In this document: positions 37,301 through 52,300 of the stretch, piece after piece | How the letters are laid out: each line of letters opens with the position of its first letter | Numbering within the stretch: position 1 is the first letter of the stretch | Assembly: GCA_032718475.1 (NCBI GenBank) | Contig: JAUCBJ010005935.1 | Coordinates: 1 to 64,000 of the forward strand | Length of the DNA stretch: 64,000 bases | Origin: Nemertoderma westbladi | Taxonomy: Eukaryota; Animalia; Xenacoelomorpha | Reading direction: 5' to 3' | Notes under the pieces: model-generated | The model's input: only the letters and a program-made list of their open reading frames with translations | Told to the model about the DNA's origin: nothing | The model's database searches: none | Program-made: the position numbers and the translations under genes

Positions 37301-40300
37301 TTCATATTAATTTATAGTATTGGGAATCTTAATGAATATAATCCAATAGGTTTCTACAGTATTGTTAAAATGTAATAAAAAATATTGAATCTCCGCTTAC
37401 AAAGAGAAAAGACTAGACAAAATGCGAAATTTTAAACAAACCCTGATTTTTTGACGAATTACATAATTCTATTTTTCAATTTAACTCACCAAGTAACGGT
37501 GTGCCCGAAACCTAAATCGCAATCTGTTGGCAGGGAGAATCGGAGGAAGTTTTTACCTTCTGGTAAAACGCGGTCGATTTCAACGGATATACTGCGAAAT
37601 GAAAGTAAATACTTAAATGTTAAATTAATAGATTAATAATTATATGAGTAAGTAACGCGTCATCAGGCAGAAATTATAATTTTATATATATAAATACAAC
37701 CAGAACTTTACTTAACACTTATTGTACCGCACAAAAACAAAACCTTACCTTTCGCTAAATTCTAGTAGTCGTGCTTCAATCTGCTGGCCTGTTAAGGTTA
37801 CAGACTTGGTATCTTCTCTTGCATAAGCTACTACGGAAATAGTTGATGTGTTCGGATCGTATTCACACTTATCCGTCACGCCTGGTGTGATAGAAACGCC
37901 CAAGACATCTACATGCAGCAGGGTTGGGGTGCTCTGCTCTAAATAATATTTCAATATCCTGACAAAGATAAAAAATACGATGCTTGATAGATTAATTTAT
38001 AGGCATTGGGACTGGGTGTACGTACTTGTCCGTCACGGTACAGGTTGAGGTACAGCTGGGTTTGGGGCAGCGGTACCTCTATATTCATTTCAAGTCATGT
38101 TAGTTCAGTAATTTCTCCAATGAACAACCACTCTCGACTATTGTGTTCAAGGTGGCGGCATCCCCAAACCTCATTACCATAAAAATGCTAAGATAATTCT
38201 ATATTTCAAACGGGATTGTGAAATTCTAATAAATTAATGAAAACTATGTGATCTACAGTTTCCACTGCCAATAATTTTTATATTACCGGGCAAAGTATGT
38301 ATGATACATCGATAAACTCACTCTGTTATAAAAGTTGAACTTCCTTGCAGTAATGCCGCAGTTGTATCCGTAGTAACAGCCAACCGACTTTCTCTATTGT
38401 ATCCACAGATACTCAATTCATCATCTGTTGGAGTTGTTACCCCGTCGCTCACTTCAACCTTGTTAAAGAGATCAAGTCAATATGAGAAGATAGAATAAAC
38501 TGATTGAACACAAATAAACACTCAAACTTCGTAGTGGTAGGTAATTGAACATACAACTGAACTTAATTGAGTGGTTTCTAAGGGTGATGTAACTTAACTA
38601 CTACAATACTATATCAGCATCATCTCTTTTTCGAGAGCAGAAATTACCGGTACTCCAAAGTGAGACGGTTCACCGATATAGCGGAATCTGTAGTTTTCCA
38701 AGTTTCACTTTGTCTTTTGAGTGGAAAGCTCAAGTGTGAATCTTGTATTTTCTCAAAAATCAATTATTCCAGCTGGGATATCATCACTTTCAGGTTAAAC
38801 ATTACTATCACCACCAGGGAACCCATCAGTATCAGACACTGTTACAATGCAAAATTTCTAAATGGACTGTAAAATTGAAACTTTTTACCAAATAATTGAT
38901 TTAATTATTGTAACAGGTTTTCATGCAACAACTGCTAGTACGAGGATCGGCATGCTGCATTGCAGCTGCATTTTTAAAAATGCTGTGTCGGCTTGTCGAC
39001 AAAATTGCACCGCCACAACTCCCTATCACCCATGACATTACTAGATCATCCGCATCTTCAAGGCCAGTGTCCTTTAAGATGCGTCTCAAGAAAGTCATGG
39101 GATGTCCACCATGCTTATTCACTCCATGAGGCTGCCAAAGTACAAGATTATGCACTGGCTGGTCCTCACGGCGAAAGTAATGTCCTGCAAAGCGGAGGCG
39201 ATTTTGTTCTAGTGTCAAGCTTGGGGGAACCAATGAGACACCTTCAATGTTATATAGTGTCTGGTTGGGTCATGCAACAAACACCGGTACAACTTATGTG
39301 GAGCCTATAATCAGTAACATTTCCACCTATTGTATTTATTTATTTTATTATTTTATTTATTTATTTCCTCCAAAATTATAAAATAAAAATAACGCACAAT
39401 ACCCTAGAAAATTGATTGCTGGGTTGATTGGTGTGAGCTTCCGCTATAGCATAGCTAGTGTAGTTTTAGCTCACCCCTGCATCTGGAGAGTTCTAGAATG
39501 TTTAAAGTAAATTTAATTATACAGATAGGTGGGTGCGGTGCGGTTGACTGCTGTCGGAATTTTATAAATATTTGTTTTTTCCTGCATGTAAAAAAATAAG
39601 TTTGTGGTATGTACAAGACTGCATAGCAAACTGATGATAACCAATAGGGGAGAATAAATGTAAAGAAAAAAAGTATGAAACTATATATATGACGCAAAAT
39701 ATGTAAAGGAAAATATATTTATATAACGCAAGTTGTTGATAACCAATTGGGGAGAATGTATATGAAAAAAGAATAATAAAAAAATATATGTATGCTATTG
39801 AAATTGAAATGGTTTAATCATATCTGCAGTAAGTGGTATTTTAATTTTTTCTTAAATATCGCCAGGTTTCGACTGTCCCTAATAAGTTGTGATAATGAGT
39901 TCCACAAAAGTGGCCCTTGCATAGATAATGAAAGATGGCGAATATCCAAACGAGCCGGAGGTAAATGATACAGGCCAGAGGAAGCAGAGCGAGTACTATA
40001 TGAGTGAACCGAAGAGGCTTTAGTAAAGAGGTAAGCTAGAGGGTGAGATGGATTATTATGGACTTCAAACATGAGTATTAGCACCTGGTATTTATAGAGG
40101 AGATCTAGAGGTAGGATACGTAATTGTTGGTAGATGGGATAGGATGAGGATTGAGAATGATTAAATGTGATACAACGCAATATTTTATTGATTTTTATTT
40201 TCAAAGGATCTGTGTTGGACTTGTAAGTGCCGCCCCAAACAATCAAGCCATAGAAAATGTAAGGATAAATTAATGTATTAAAAAGCATGCGGAGTAACTC

Positions 40301-43300
40301 TCTAGAAAGTATATGTCGAAGTTTATAGAACAGTCCACCTGTTTTAGAAATTTTTTTAAGTATGTATTTAATGTGCGCCTTAAATGTGAGTTTATCATCT
40401 ATAATTATGCCTAAGTATTTTGCAGCGGACGTGTATCTGATGGGTTTGTTGTTGATATTAATTGTTGTGCTTGGTAAGTTGAAATTTTGCGAGAATGTAA
40501 ATATGGAGTATTCTGTTTTATCTTTAATTTATTATCTATCAGCCAATCATTAATTAAATTACTTTCGGTATTTATAGTATTAGTTAATCTGGTTATGTTA
40601 CTATCGTGGAACATGAGAGATGTATCGTCTGCAAACAGAGTGGCAATGAGAGAGGTTGCATTTGGGAGATCATTTATATAAAGTAAAGTAAAAAAAGAAT
40701 TGGGCCTAGTACCGAACCTTGCGGGATACCACAGGTATTCCGGTTCCGGTACCGCTACCATCATTTTAACTGTTCTAGTATATAATACTGTCTACTCACC
40801 CCGCATACAATGCATGTAGCCTGCAGAATAGGCGGTGTATGAACTTCCCCAGTTGTAGGACTTATTGTACTTGAATCGCAACTATGGTCGTTATCAAGAC
40901 TGTATAGGGAGAAGGATAAACTGCTGATTTTGTCTTTGTCGGTGGCCTGTTATTTGGAAACAAAAATATTAAAAATGGTTAATAAAATTAAAAGTGAAAT
41001 ATTATAGGCATATGATTTATCTATGTCAAACTACAATAAATTAACTATATTGTTTCCGCTCTATATTATTTAACGTAGTAAAAACTAGTTGGGATTACCT
41101 TAACAGTAGCTGTTGGTCCAATTGTTGCCATGGATACTGGTACCAATGAAATGAGACTAGCTTGATCAAAGGTAGGTCTTTCATCATCAATGTCTATGAC
41201 ATAGACATTTAGGAAGGTTGTATAAGAACATTGCATTTTGTTGCTATAAACTTTGGCTCTCATGGAAAAGGAAGTGGTTGTTTCGTAGTCGAGTGGTTTC
41301 ATTAGTACCATTTCCGTATCTAAAAGGAAAATCCGCCGTATAAATTTAAATTAAATTTATAACCTGTATTAGAAATAAGCCGTTAAAAACCAACATATTG
41401 TACGAATATTATATATAGGCAACATCACAAGAATACAACTTGAGTATATAAAGTAGTTTATTACGTGTTTCTGAATAATAATATTCTGAAAAGTTCTAGA
41501 AAAAAATGAATTTATTGGCCTGAAATATTGAAATTAATTATATTTTAACTAACCTTTTCCTATCGGTCCACCATTCGGTATAATAGTAAAGTGATTAGCA
41601 GAACCGGTATCACAGCCTGGGTTATCGTCAATGAGAGACACGCCATCTAGCGATTCGTTAGGGAATGCATCACTAAAGTCGAACACGACTTTACATTGGT
41701 TGGCATCGCAAAGTGGGGTGGCCTCCGGTAGGTACAAATCTCTACAAGAGCATAATTTTATATAATTATATAACAATTATAATACAATAACAATCTATAT
41801 AATATACTATCACAAAAGACAGAAACAATTTTAACAGTAAGAGTATACCATACTATGATATAGGCACAATCAAGGGGCGCCCTAAATTTATGATCGGCCA
41901 AAATTGACGGACCGAAAAGAAGGCGAGAATAGTAGGCGAGGAAGGCGGCGCTCGCACAAAAACAACTTTCTTCTATTTCATGATATTTTCAGTAGAGTTA
42001 AAGAAAAAAATAATTAATTCATATAGTTACAACCATAAACACAAAGTACAGTACAGTACAAAACACAAAGTACAGAATTGAATGTTAACTACAGTAAATT
42101 ATAATAGGCCTACACACCGGAACAACACACACCCTGTCTTGTGTATTTGTGTCTAGGCCTACGCTCAATACAAGACTTACATATTGGCAGCATTGGCGTT
42201 GCAACACACGGGAGCTCTGGCAGGAGTTGGTAACACAGTGGTCGATACCACTGTTGTGGGACATGGTTCCGATGTTGTTGGGCAACTTATTGGTTGAATC
42301 GTAGTCGGCTCAACATCAATACAATCCACTGATACTAAGACCGACCCGTATCCAACACAACCATCTCCATTGCGTATGATGAGCTGTAAATACGCATCCG
42401 TGTCCTCACAGACGAGTGGCTTCACCAGAGAAATCCGACCATTATTTAAAACGAAATAGTCTGAAAATTAGTTAAATTAATTAGTTAAGTTAGTTAAATA
42501 ATATATTTTAGCGACATTAAAACACAGAAACATCTAATGTCTACATTTGTAATTATTCAATGTTATCAATGCTGCAATTATACGGGTGAGTGCCTAGTTT
42601 TTCCTTTATAAGACTTTTTACCTTTTACTAATATAACATATAATTATAATAACTACTATAAACTAATATAAATGGGTTACTTATACTTAAGGTGGCTCCT
42701 ACCGCTACACCAGTCAGATATTCGGTGAAATAAAGTAAACGCAATGATACTATACTGCAATAACACTATTCTTTCAGTTTCAGTATCATTTGTACCGCGT
42801 GTTTGTACCGCGTGTTATACTGCAATAACACTATTCTTTCAGTTTCAGTATCATTTGTACCGCGTATTCTTCGGTCACTTTGCGGTAGGTCTAACAGTAA
42901 GTCCTTCATCACAGGTGCATACAGCACAAGAAACATAGGTCGTATCGTAGCGCGGACGGGACCGGTGTCACTCTATTGCTGCCTAAACCTAGTAGGCCTA
43001 CGTAACGTACATTTACAACCTGTACGCTGCAGACAGCACTCTATTGCTGCCTAAACCTAGTAGGCTATACGTAGTACTGTACATATACATCCTGTATGCT
43101 GCAGACAGCACTCTATCGCTGCCTAAACCTAGTAGGCCTACGTTCATATACATCCTGTACGCTGCAGACAGCACTTTATCGCTGCCTAAATCTAGTAGGC
43201 CTACGTTCATATGTATACATCCTGTACGCTGCAGACAGCACTTTATCGCTGCCTAAACCTAGTAGGCATACGTTCATATACATCCTGTACGCTGCAGACA

Positions 43301-46300
43301 GCACTCTATCGCTGCCTAAACCTACTGTAGTAGGCCTACGTACATATACAACCTGTACACTGCAGACAGCACTCTATCGCTGCCTAAACCTAGTAGGCCT
43401 ACGTACATATACATCCTGTATACTGCAGACTGCACTCTATTGCTGCCTAAACCTAATAGGCCTACAGTATACGTAACACATATACATCCTGTACGCTGCA
43501 GACTGCACTCTATTGCTGCCTAAGCAGACAGCACTCTATTGCTGCCTAAACCTAATAGGCCTACAGTATACGTAACACATATACATCCTGTACGCTGCAG
43601 ACTGCACTCTATTGCTGCCTAAACCTAGTAGGCTATACGTAGTACTGTACATATACATCCTGTATGCTGCAGACAGCACTCTATCGCTGCCTAAACCTAG
43701 TAGGCCTACGTTCATATACATCCTGTACGCTGCAGACAGCACTTTATCGCTGCCTAAATCTAGTAGGCCTACGTTCATATGTATACATCCTGTACGCTGC
43801 AGACAGCACTTTATCGCTGCCTAAACCTAGTAGGCATACGTTCATATACATCCTGTACGCTGCAGACAGCACTCTATCGCTGCCTAAACCTACTGTAGTA
43901 GGCCTACGTACATATACAACCTGTACACTGCAGACAGCACTCTATCGCTGCCTAAACCTAGTAGGCCTACGTACATATACATCCTGTATACTGCAGACTG
44001 CACTCTATTGCTGCCTAAACCTAATAGGCCTATACGTAACACATATACATCCTGTGTACGCTGCAGACTGCACTCTATTGCTGCCTAAACCTAGTAGGCC
44101 TATACATAACACATATACTGTACATCCTGTACGCTGCAGACAGCACTCTATGGCTGCCTAAACCTAGTACTGTAGGCCTACGTACATATACATCCTGTAC
44201 GCTGCAGACAGCACTCTATCGCTGCCTAAACCTAGTAGGCCTACATACATATACATCCTGTACGCTGCAGACAGCACTTTATCGGGCCTAAACCTACTGT
44301 AGTAGGCCTACGTACATATACATCCTGTACGCTGCAGACAGCACTCTATCGCTGCCTAAACCTAGTAGGCCTACGTACATATACATCCTGTACGCTGCAG
44401 ACAGCACTCTATCGCTGCCTAAACCTAGTAGGCCTACGTACATATACATCTTGTACACTGCAGACAGCACTCTATCGGGCCTAAACCTACTGTAGTAGGC
44501 CTACGTACATATACAACCTGTACACTGCAGACAGCACTCTATCGCTGCCTAAACCTAGTAGGGGTAGGCCTACATACATATACAGTATATCCTGTACACT
44601 GCAGGCAGCACACACGCTACATGTTGTTACTGGAACGCTGAACGCACCAGTATAAAATAAGATTTCTAATAAATAAAACTTCGAAACCTGAAAATAAAAC
44701 AATTCGATTTATTCGATTTAAAAATGAAGAACCTATATTTCACTTTTAGGCTCTCGCTTCATATTTCACACTCGAGGCGGCGTGAAATACAATACTACTT
44801 TATTTAAATAGAATATATAGTTATTATTCTTCTAGATCTGCATTAAATGATGATTTTAAAACGAGAACGAGAACGAGATATCTTTTAGTTTTTGAGTTCT
44901 CGCTGTCTGACCGACTGCCGGTCTATCCATCAAAGATAAACACAGACATACAGACCATGAGACAACAAACAGATTACATGTCACCAAATATTAATGATTA
45001 ATTAATTAATTAATTATTGTCGCTACCCTAACGCCTCTCCATTATTGCTTTACAGCTTTCCTATTTAGCGCCGAACTTCAGTGTTCATTTCAGTTGCACA
45101 ATTATTTACTTCAACTGTATCAATTTAAATTCATTTTATTTCGCAGCTCGTTACTTTTATATCTGTTTTTATTTGATTTTATCAATCTGACAATTCTGAT
45201 CTACGGTCGATAATTACAAATAATTGTATTGAGACTTTTGTTTTATTTGTAACACTGAACCAAATGTTACCCTAATTCTACCCTATTAACAATTTAAGAA
45301 ATAATATAGTTTACATGAACTAAACCTAAATATTATTATTAATTAATTACAGTTGATTAACAACTCAAACTTCATTTCCTATAGTTAGTTGCATTATCAG
45401 TTATAGAAATTAAATGTTATTAATAATTATACTGTATATAATATATATATATTTATATTGTTTTTATTGATTGCTTGAAGATAACTTTCAGTTTGAAATG
45501 CATTGCAATTTTAGCGAAATATTTGAATATTAGTTTTATTTACATTTGAGATATTAAATAATAAATTAGCATTAATAACTGAATTAAAATTATTAACTAA
45601 ATCTAAGAAAGTTTATTTGTAATGGCTAAATATGGATGAATGGGAGAATCCTTTACGATCATTAAGAAATGCCTGCCGAGAATGCCATGATCTTCCACAG
45701 GAAACCCTTCCAGGGTTTCCTAAATACAACAAGCCATTAGCTGGAAACAGCAAATCATTAGTATTTGGTAAAATTAAGCAAATTAGATGGCAGGCAACAA
45801 TTACCTCTAAGCTATTGTATAATAGCTTACCATGGTAATATTGGTAGGTTTCCATTGAAATTAGCAAAGTTGACCCTATCCATTGAGTTACATCTAGTAC
45901 TAAAATGTCAACATATCCCGAAGGCACCCCAATTTGAGAATGAATTGTCAAGAGTTCGCAGCACTTGGTTGGCAAATTAGTTGTACAAGGAGTTGGAGTA
46001 GGTGTTGTTATAATAGCAGGACATGATGTTGCTTTATATGTAGTTGGGCAAGATACAGGAGTAGTTGTAGTTGTTGATTCAATGCAGTCTATTATGACAT
46101 TTACTGATCCATAACTATTGCAGTTATTGTTGGAGAATTGAAGTTGTAAATAAAAGTCTTTGGTATCGACACAGTCAAGCTCTTTCATCAAAACTATCAT
46201 ATAGTCTTTTATGGAGAAATAATTGTTCTTTGGATCAGGGTTTATGAGATAAACAGATGGCAGTTTTCCTTGAAAAACTACTGATATGTCCAATAACGAT

Positions 46301-49300
46301 GTTGTTATAGGTGAATTTTCTGGAATAGTCAATTCAGCATGTAGTGAAGGTATATCACAGCATGGGCGGGGAAGTTTTGTTGTCCAAGGAGTTGGAGTAG
46401 ATGTAGTTGTAGTTACCGCAACTGGGCATGACGTCGCTTTATATGTAGTTGGACAAGATACAGGAGTAGTTGTAGTTGTTGATTCAATGCATTCTATTAT
46501 GACATTTACTGATCCATAACTATTGCAGTTATTGTTGGAGAATTTAAGTTGTAAATAAAACTCTTTGGTATCGAAACAGTCAAGCTCTTTCATCAAAACT
46601 ATCATATAGTCTTTTATAGAGAAATACTTGTTCTTTGGATCAGGGTTTATGAAATAAACAGATGGCAGTTTTCCTTTAAAAACTACTGATATGTCCAATA
46701 ATGATGTTGTTATAGGTGAATTTTCTGGAATAGTCAATTCAGCATGTAGTGAAGGTATATCACAGCATGGGCGGGGAAGTTTTGTTGTCCAAGGAGTTGG
46801 AGTAGGTGTAGTTGTAGTTGTAGTTACTGATACTGGGCATGATGTCGCTTTATATGTAGTTGGACAAGATACAGGAGTAGTTGTAGTTGTTGATTCAATG
46901 CAGTCTATTATGATATTGACAGAACCGTAGCTATTACAGTTGTTGTTGGAGAATTTAAGTTGTAAATAAAACTCTTTGGTATCGAAACAGTCAAGCTCTT
47001 TCATCAAAACTATCATATAGTCTTTTACGGAGAAATAATTGTTCTTTGGATCCGGATTTATGAGATAAACAGAGGGCAATTTTCCTTCAAACACAGCTGA
47101 TATGTCCAATAATGATGTTGATATTGGTGAGTTATCTGGAATAGATAATTCTACATGTAGTGAAGGTATATCACAGCATGGACGGGGAAGTTTTGTTGTC
47201 CAAGGAGTTGGAGTAGGTGTAGTTGTAGTTACTGATACTGGGCATGATGTCGCTTTATATGTAGTTGGACAAGATACCGGAGTAGTTGTAGTTGTGGATT
47301 CAATGCAGTCTATTATGATATTGACAGAACCGTAGCTATTACAGTTGTTGTTGGAGAATTTAAGTTGTAAATAAAACTCTTTGGTATCGAAACAGTCAAG
47401 CTCTTTCATCAAAACTATCATATAGTCTTTTACGGAGAAATAATTGTTCTTTGGATCCGGATTTATGAGATAAACAGAGGGCAATTTTCCTTCAAACACA
47501 GCTGATATGTCCAATAATGATGTTGATATTGGTGAGTTATCTGGAATAGATAATTCTACATGTAGTGAAGGTATATCACAGCATGGACGGGGAAGTTTTG
47601 TTGTCCAAGGAGTTGGAGTAGGTGTAGTTGTAGTTACTGATACTGGGCATGATGTCGCTTTATATGTAGTTGGACAAGATACAGGAGTAGTTGTAGTTGT
47701 TGATTCAATGCATTCTATTATGACATTTACTGATCCATAACTATTGCAGTTATTGTTGGAGAATTTAAGTTGTAAATAAAACTCTTTGGTATCGAAACAG
47801 TCAAGCTCTTTCATCAAAACTATCATATAGTCTTTTATAGAGAAATACTTGTTCTTTGGATCAGGGTTTATGAAATAAACAGATGGCAGTTTTCCTTTAA
47901 AAACTACTGATATGTCCAATAATGATGTTGTTATAGGTGAATTTTCTGGAATAGTCAATTCAGCATGTAGTGAAGGTATATCACAGCATGGGCGGGGAAG
48001 TTTTGTTGTCCAAGGAGTTGGAGTAGGTGTAGTTGTAGTTACTGATACTGGGCATGATGTCGCTTTATATGTAGTTGGACAAGATACAGGAGTAGTTGTA
48101 GTTGTTGATTCAATGCAGTCTATTATGATATTGACAGAACCGTAGCTATTACAGTTGTTGTTGGAGAATTTAAGTTGTAAATAAAACTCTTTGGTATCGA
48201 AACAGTCAAGCTCTTTCATCAAAACTATCATATAGTCTTTTACGGAGAAATAATTGTTCTTTGGATCCGGATTTATGAGATAAACAGAGGGCAATTTTCC
48301 TTCAAACACAGCTGATATGTCCAATAATGATGTTGATATTGGTGAGTTATCTGGAATAGATAATTCTACATGTAGTGAAGGTATATCACAGCATGGACGG
48401 GGAAGTTTTGTTGTCCAAGGAGTTGGAGTAGGTGTAGTTGTAGTTACTGATACTGGGCATGATGTCGCTTTATATGTAGTTGGACAAGATACCGGAGTAG
48501 TTGTAGTTGTGGATTCAATGCAGTCTATTATGATATTGACAGAACCGTAGCTATTACAGTTGTTGTTGGAGAATTTAAGTTGTAAATAAAACTCTTTGGT
48601 ATCGAAACAGTCAAGCTCTTTCATCAAAACTATCATATAGTCTTTTACGGAGAAATAATTGTTCTTTGGATCCGGATTTATGAGATAAACAGAGGGCAAT
48701 TTTCCTTCAAACACAGCTGATATGTCCAATAATGATGTTGATATTGGTGAGTTATCTGGAATAGATAATTCTACATGTAGTGAAGGTATATCACAGCATG
48801 GACGGGGAAGTTTTGTTGTCCAAGGAGTTGGAGTAGGTGTAGTTGTAGTTACTGATACTGGGCATGATGTCGCTTTATATGTAGTTGGACAAGATACCGG
48901 AGTAGTTGTAGTTGTGGATTCAATGCAGTCTATTATGATATTGACAGAACCGTAGCTATTACAGTTGTTGTTGGATAATTTAAGTTGTAAATAAAACTCT
49001 TTGGTATTGAAACAGTCAAGCTCTTTCATCAAAACTATCATATAGTCTTTTATTGCAAAATAATTGTTCTTTAGATCAGGGTTTATGAGATAAACAGATG
49101 GCAGTTTTCCTTGAAAGACAGTTGATATGTCCAATAATGATGTTGATGGGGATGAATTTTCTGGAATATTTAATTCAGCATGGAGTGAAGGTATATCACA
49201 ACAAGGGCGGGGAAGTTTTGTTGTATATGGAGTTGGTGTAGGTGTCGTGAATGTAGCTGGACATGATGTTGCTTTATATGTTGTTGGACAAGATACAGGT

Positions 49301-52300
49301 GTAGTTGTAGTTGTGGATTCAATGCAATCTATTATGATATTGACAGAACCGTAGCTATTACAGTTGTTGTTGGAGAATTTAAGTTGTAAATAAAACTCTT
49401 TGGTATCGAAACAGTCAAGCTCTTTCATCAAAACTATCATATAGTCTTTTATGGAGAAATAATTGTTCTTTGGATCCGGATTTATGAGATAAGCAGAGGG
49501 CAATTTTCCTTCAAACACAGCTGATATGTCCAATAATGATGTTGATATTGGTGAGTTATCTGGAATAGATAATTCAGCATGTAGAGAAGGTATATCACAG
49601 CATGGGCGGGGAAGTTTTGTTGTCCAAGGAGTTGGAGTAGGTGTAGTTGTAGTTATAGCCACTGGGCATGATGTTGCTTTATATGTTGTTGGACAAGATA
49701 CAGGTGTAGTTGTAGTTGTGGATTCAATGCAATCTATTATGATATTGACAGAACCGTAGCTATTACAGTTGTTGTTGGAGAATTTAAGTTGTAAATAAAA
49801 CTCTTTGGTATCGAAACAGTCAAGCTCTTTCATCAAAACTATCATACAGTCTTTTACGGAGAAATAATTGTTCTTTGGATCCGGATTTATGAGATAAACA
49901 GAGGGCAATTTTCCTTCAAACAAGGCTGATATGTCCAATAATGATGTTGATATTGGTGAATTTTCTGGAATAGTCAATTCAGCATGTAGAGAAGGTATAT
50001 CACAGCATGGGCGGGGAAGTTTTGTTGTCCAAGGAGTTGGAGTAGGTGTAGTTGTAGTTATAGCCACTGGGCATGATGTTGCTTTATATGTTGTTGGACA
50101 AGATACTGGAGTAGTTGTAGTTGTGGATTCAATGCAGTCTATTATGATGTTGACAGAACCATAGCTATTACAGTTGTTGTTGGAGAATTTAAGTTGTAAA
50201 TAAAACTCTTTGGTATCGAGACAGTCAAGCTCTTTCTTCAGAATTATTATGTAGTCTTTTATTGCAAAATAATTGTTCTTTGGATCAGGGTTTATGAGAT
50301 AAACAGATGGAAGTTTTCCTTGAAATACTGCTGATATGTCCAATAATGATGTTGATATTTGTGAATTATCTGGAATAGATAATTCAACATGGAGTGAAGG
50401 TATATCACAGCATGGGCGGGGAAGTTTAGTTGTATATGGGGTTGGTGTAGGTGTCGTGAATGTAGCTGGGCATGATGTTGCTTTATATGTTGTTGGACAA
50501 GATACAGGAGTAGTTGTAGTTGTTGATTCAATGCAGTCTATTATGACATTGACTGATCCATAACTATTACAGTTGTTGTTGGAGAATTTAAGTTGTAAAT
50601 AAAACTCTTTGGTATCGAGACAGTCAAGCTCTTTCTTCAGAATTATTATGTAGTCTTTTATTGCAAAATAATTGTTCTTTGGATCAGGGTTTATGAGATA
50701 AACAGATGGAAGTTTTCCTTGAAATACTGCTGATATGTCCAATAATGATGTTGATATTTGTGAATTATCTGGAATAGATAATTCAACATGGAGTGAAGGT
50801 ATATCACAGCATGGGCGGGGAAGTTTTGTTGTATATGGGGTTGGTGTAGGTGTCGTGAATGTAGCTGGACACGATGTCGCTTTATATGTAGTTGGACAAG
50901 ATACTGGTGTAGCGATAGTAGTGAGAGAAATACATTCAAATTCTAACAATAATGTCCCATATGCAACACAATTACCATTGTCATATTTTAATTGCAAATA
51001 GTATTGTTCTATTTGCTGTAAACAATCAGGTGATTTGATGACAATGAGTTGGTTATTAGTCACACGAATGATATCTGAATGAACGGAAATTATGAAATGG
51101 TTATTACACAATTAAATTATGGAATGATATGAATGAAAATAAAAATAATACCTAAAATATAGATCACTATAACAGTTCCGGTACAAGTATAGAAAGTTAT
51201 ATGAGAAAAACACAATAAGTTTAATTGAGACAAATAGAAAACAATATATTATTTATATCATATTTTGAACATCCTACAGTACCAAATACTTTTTCATAAA
51301 TTGTAAGCTTTGTGTAACATTGTTGATTATATGACTCAACAAATTATAAGAGGAGTACTACTACAATCGGGATGCTGCATTGCAGCTGCATTATATATAT
51401 CACGTATATATTAAGAATGCTGTGTGCCGGCTAGCTTTATGTTATGATTATTATAATATATTAATTATTATTATGTCATATTGATACTTACCTTGCATGC
51501 AATGCGGTTCAACCAACGTTATAGATACATCGATATCAGAAAGGTAGGCATTCAGATTAAATTCAAAGCCAGGGATGGCAGTAGTATCTGGAGGAACAGT
51601 TAACTGCCTGCAAACAGTAATAAAGGTTGTAAATATGTGAATTTGAGTTCCTTTAGTCGGGAGCACCACTCCTCCTTACGGTAGTAGCATGGGTATGTTT
51701 GTTAAAAGTATAACAAGTTATGTTACAGTATATATTTTGATACTAGAAAGCCTGTGCCCCTTCGGGCCACAGCTTTCTAGTCCATGTACAGATGATACAT
51801 GAATATGTTGAGGAATGTGTGGCAGATTGGAGAACTGCATATGGAACAGATTCATACCATCATGAAATAAAACTCCACCCCCTTAGGATATAACTGTCAA
51901 GTTTCAGCTTAACGGCAATTCTAAGTAAATAACAAAATTTCGAGAAAATAGAAAATGTTAACTTTCAGAAATTTCACACTCTACCTGCAGACTGGTGAAA
52001 TGCAGACAACGCTGCATTTCTGTGGGGCGAGCCACGAAGTGAGTGAGCCTTAGCGTAGGGGTACCATTAATCAACCTGTCGTTCTGTCGTTCTGTCGCGT
52101 TTTTTTTCAGTATTTTATTTTAAACGTTAATAACTCGGCCAATCCTTGATGAAATCTATCCAAACTTGGTACACATGTTGTTTGGCAAAAGTTTGAAAAT
52201 TTTCCAAGTAGAATTTGCGTGGGGCCTTCGTGCAGCATCAGTGTAACTGTTATTGCAGTTATAATAAATTTATTTATCCAAATTTAAAATGCGTTAAATT

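Noticed and set aside
43013-44702. Overlapping ORFs in the 57-bp satellite
   Set aside because: Artefacts of tandem repetition; frames broken by 5-bp indels.
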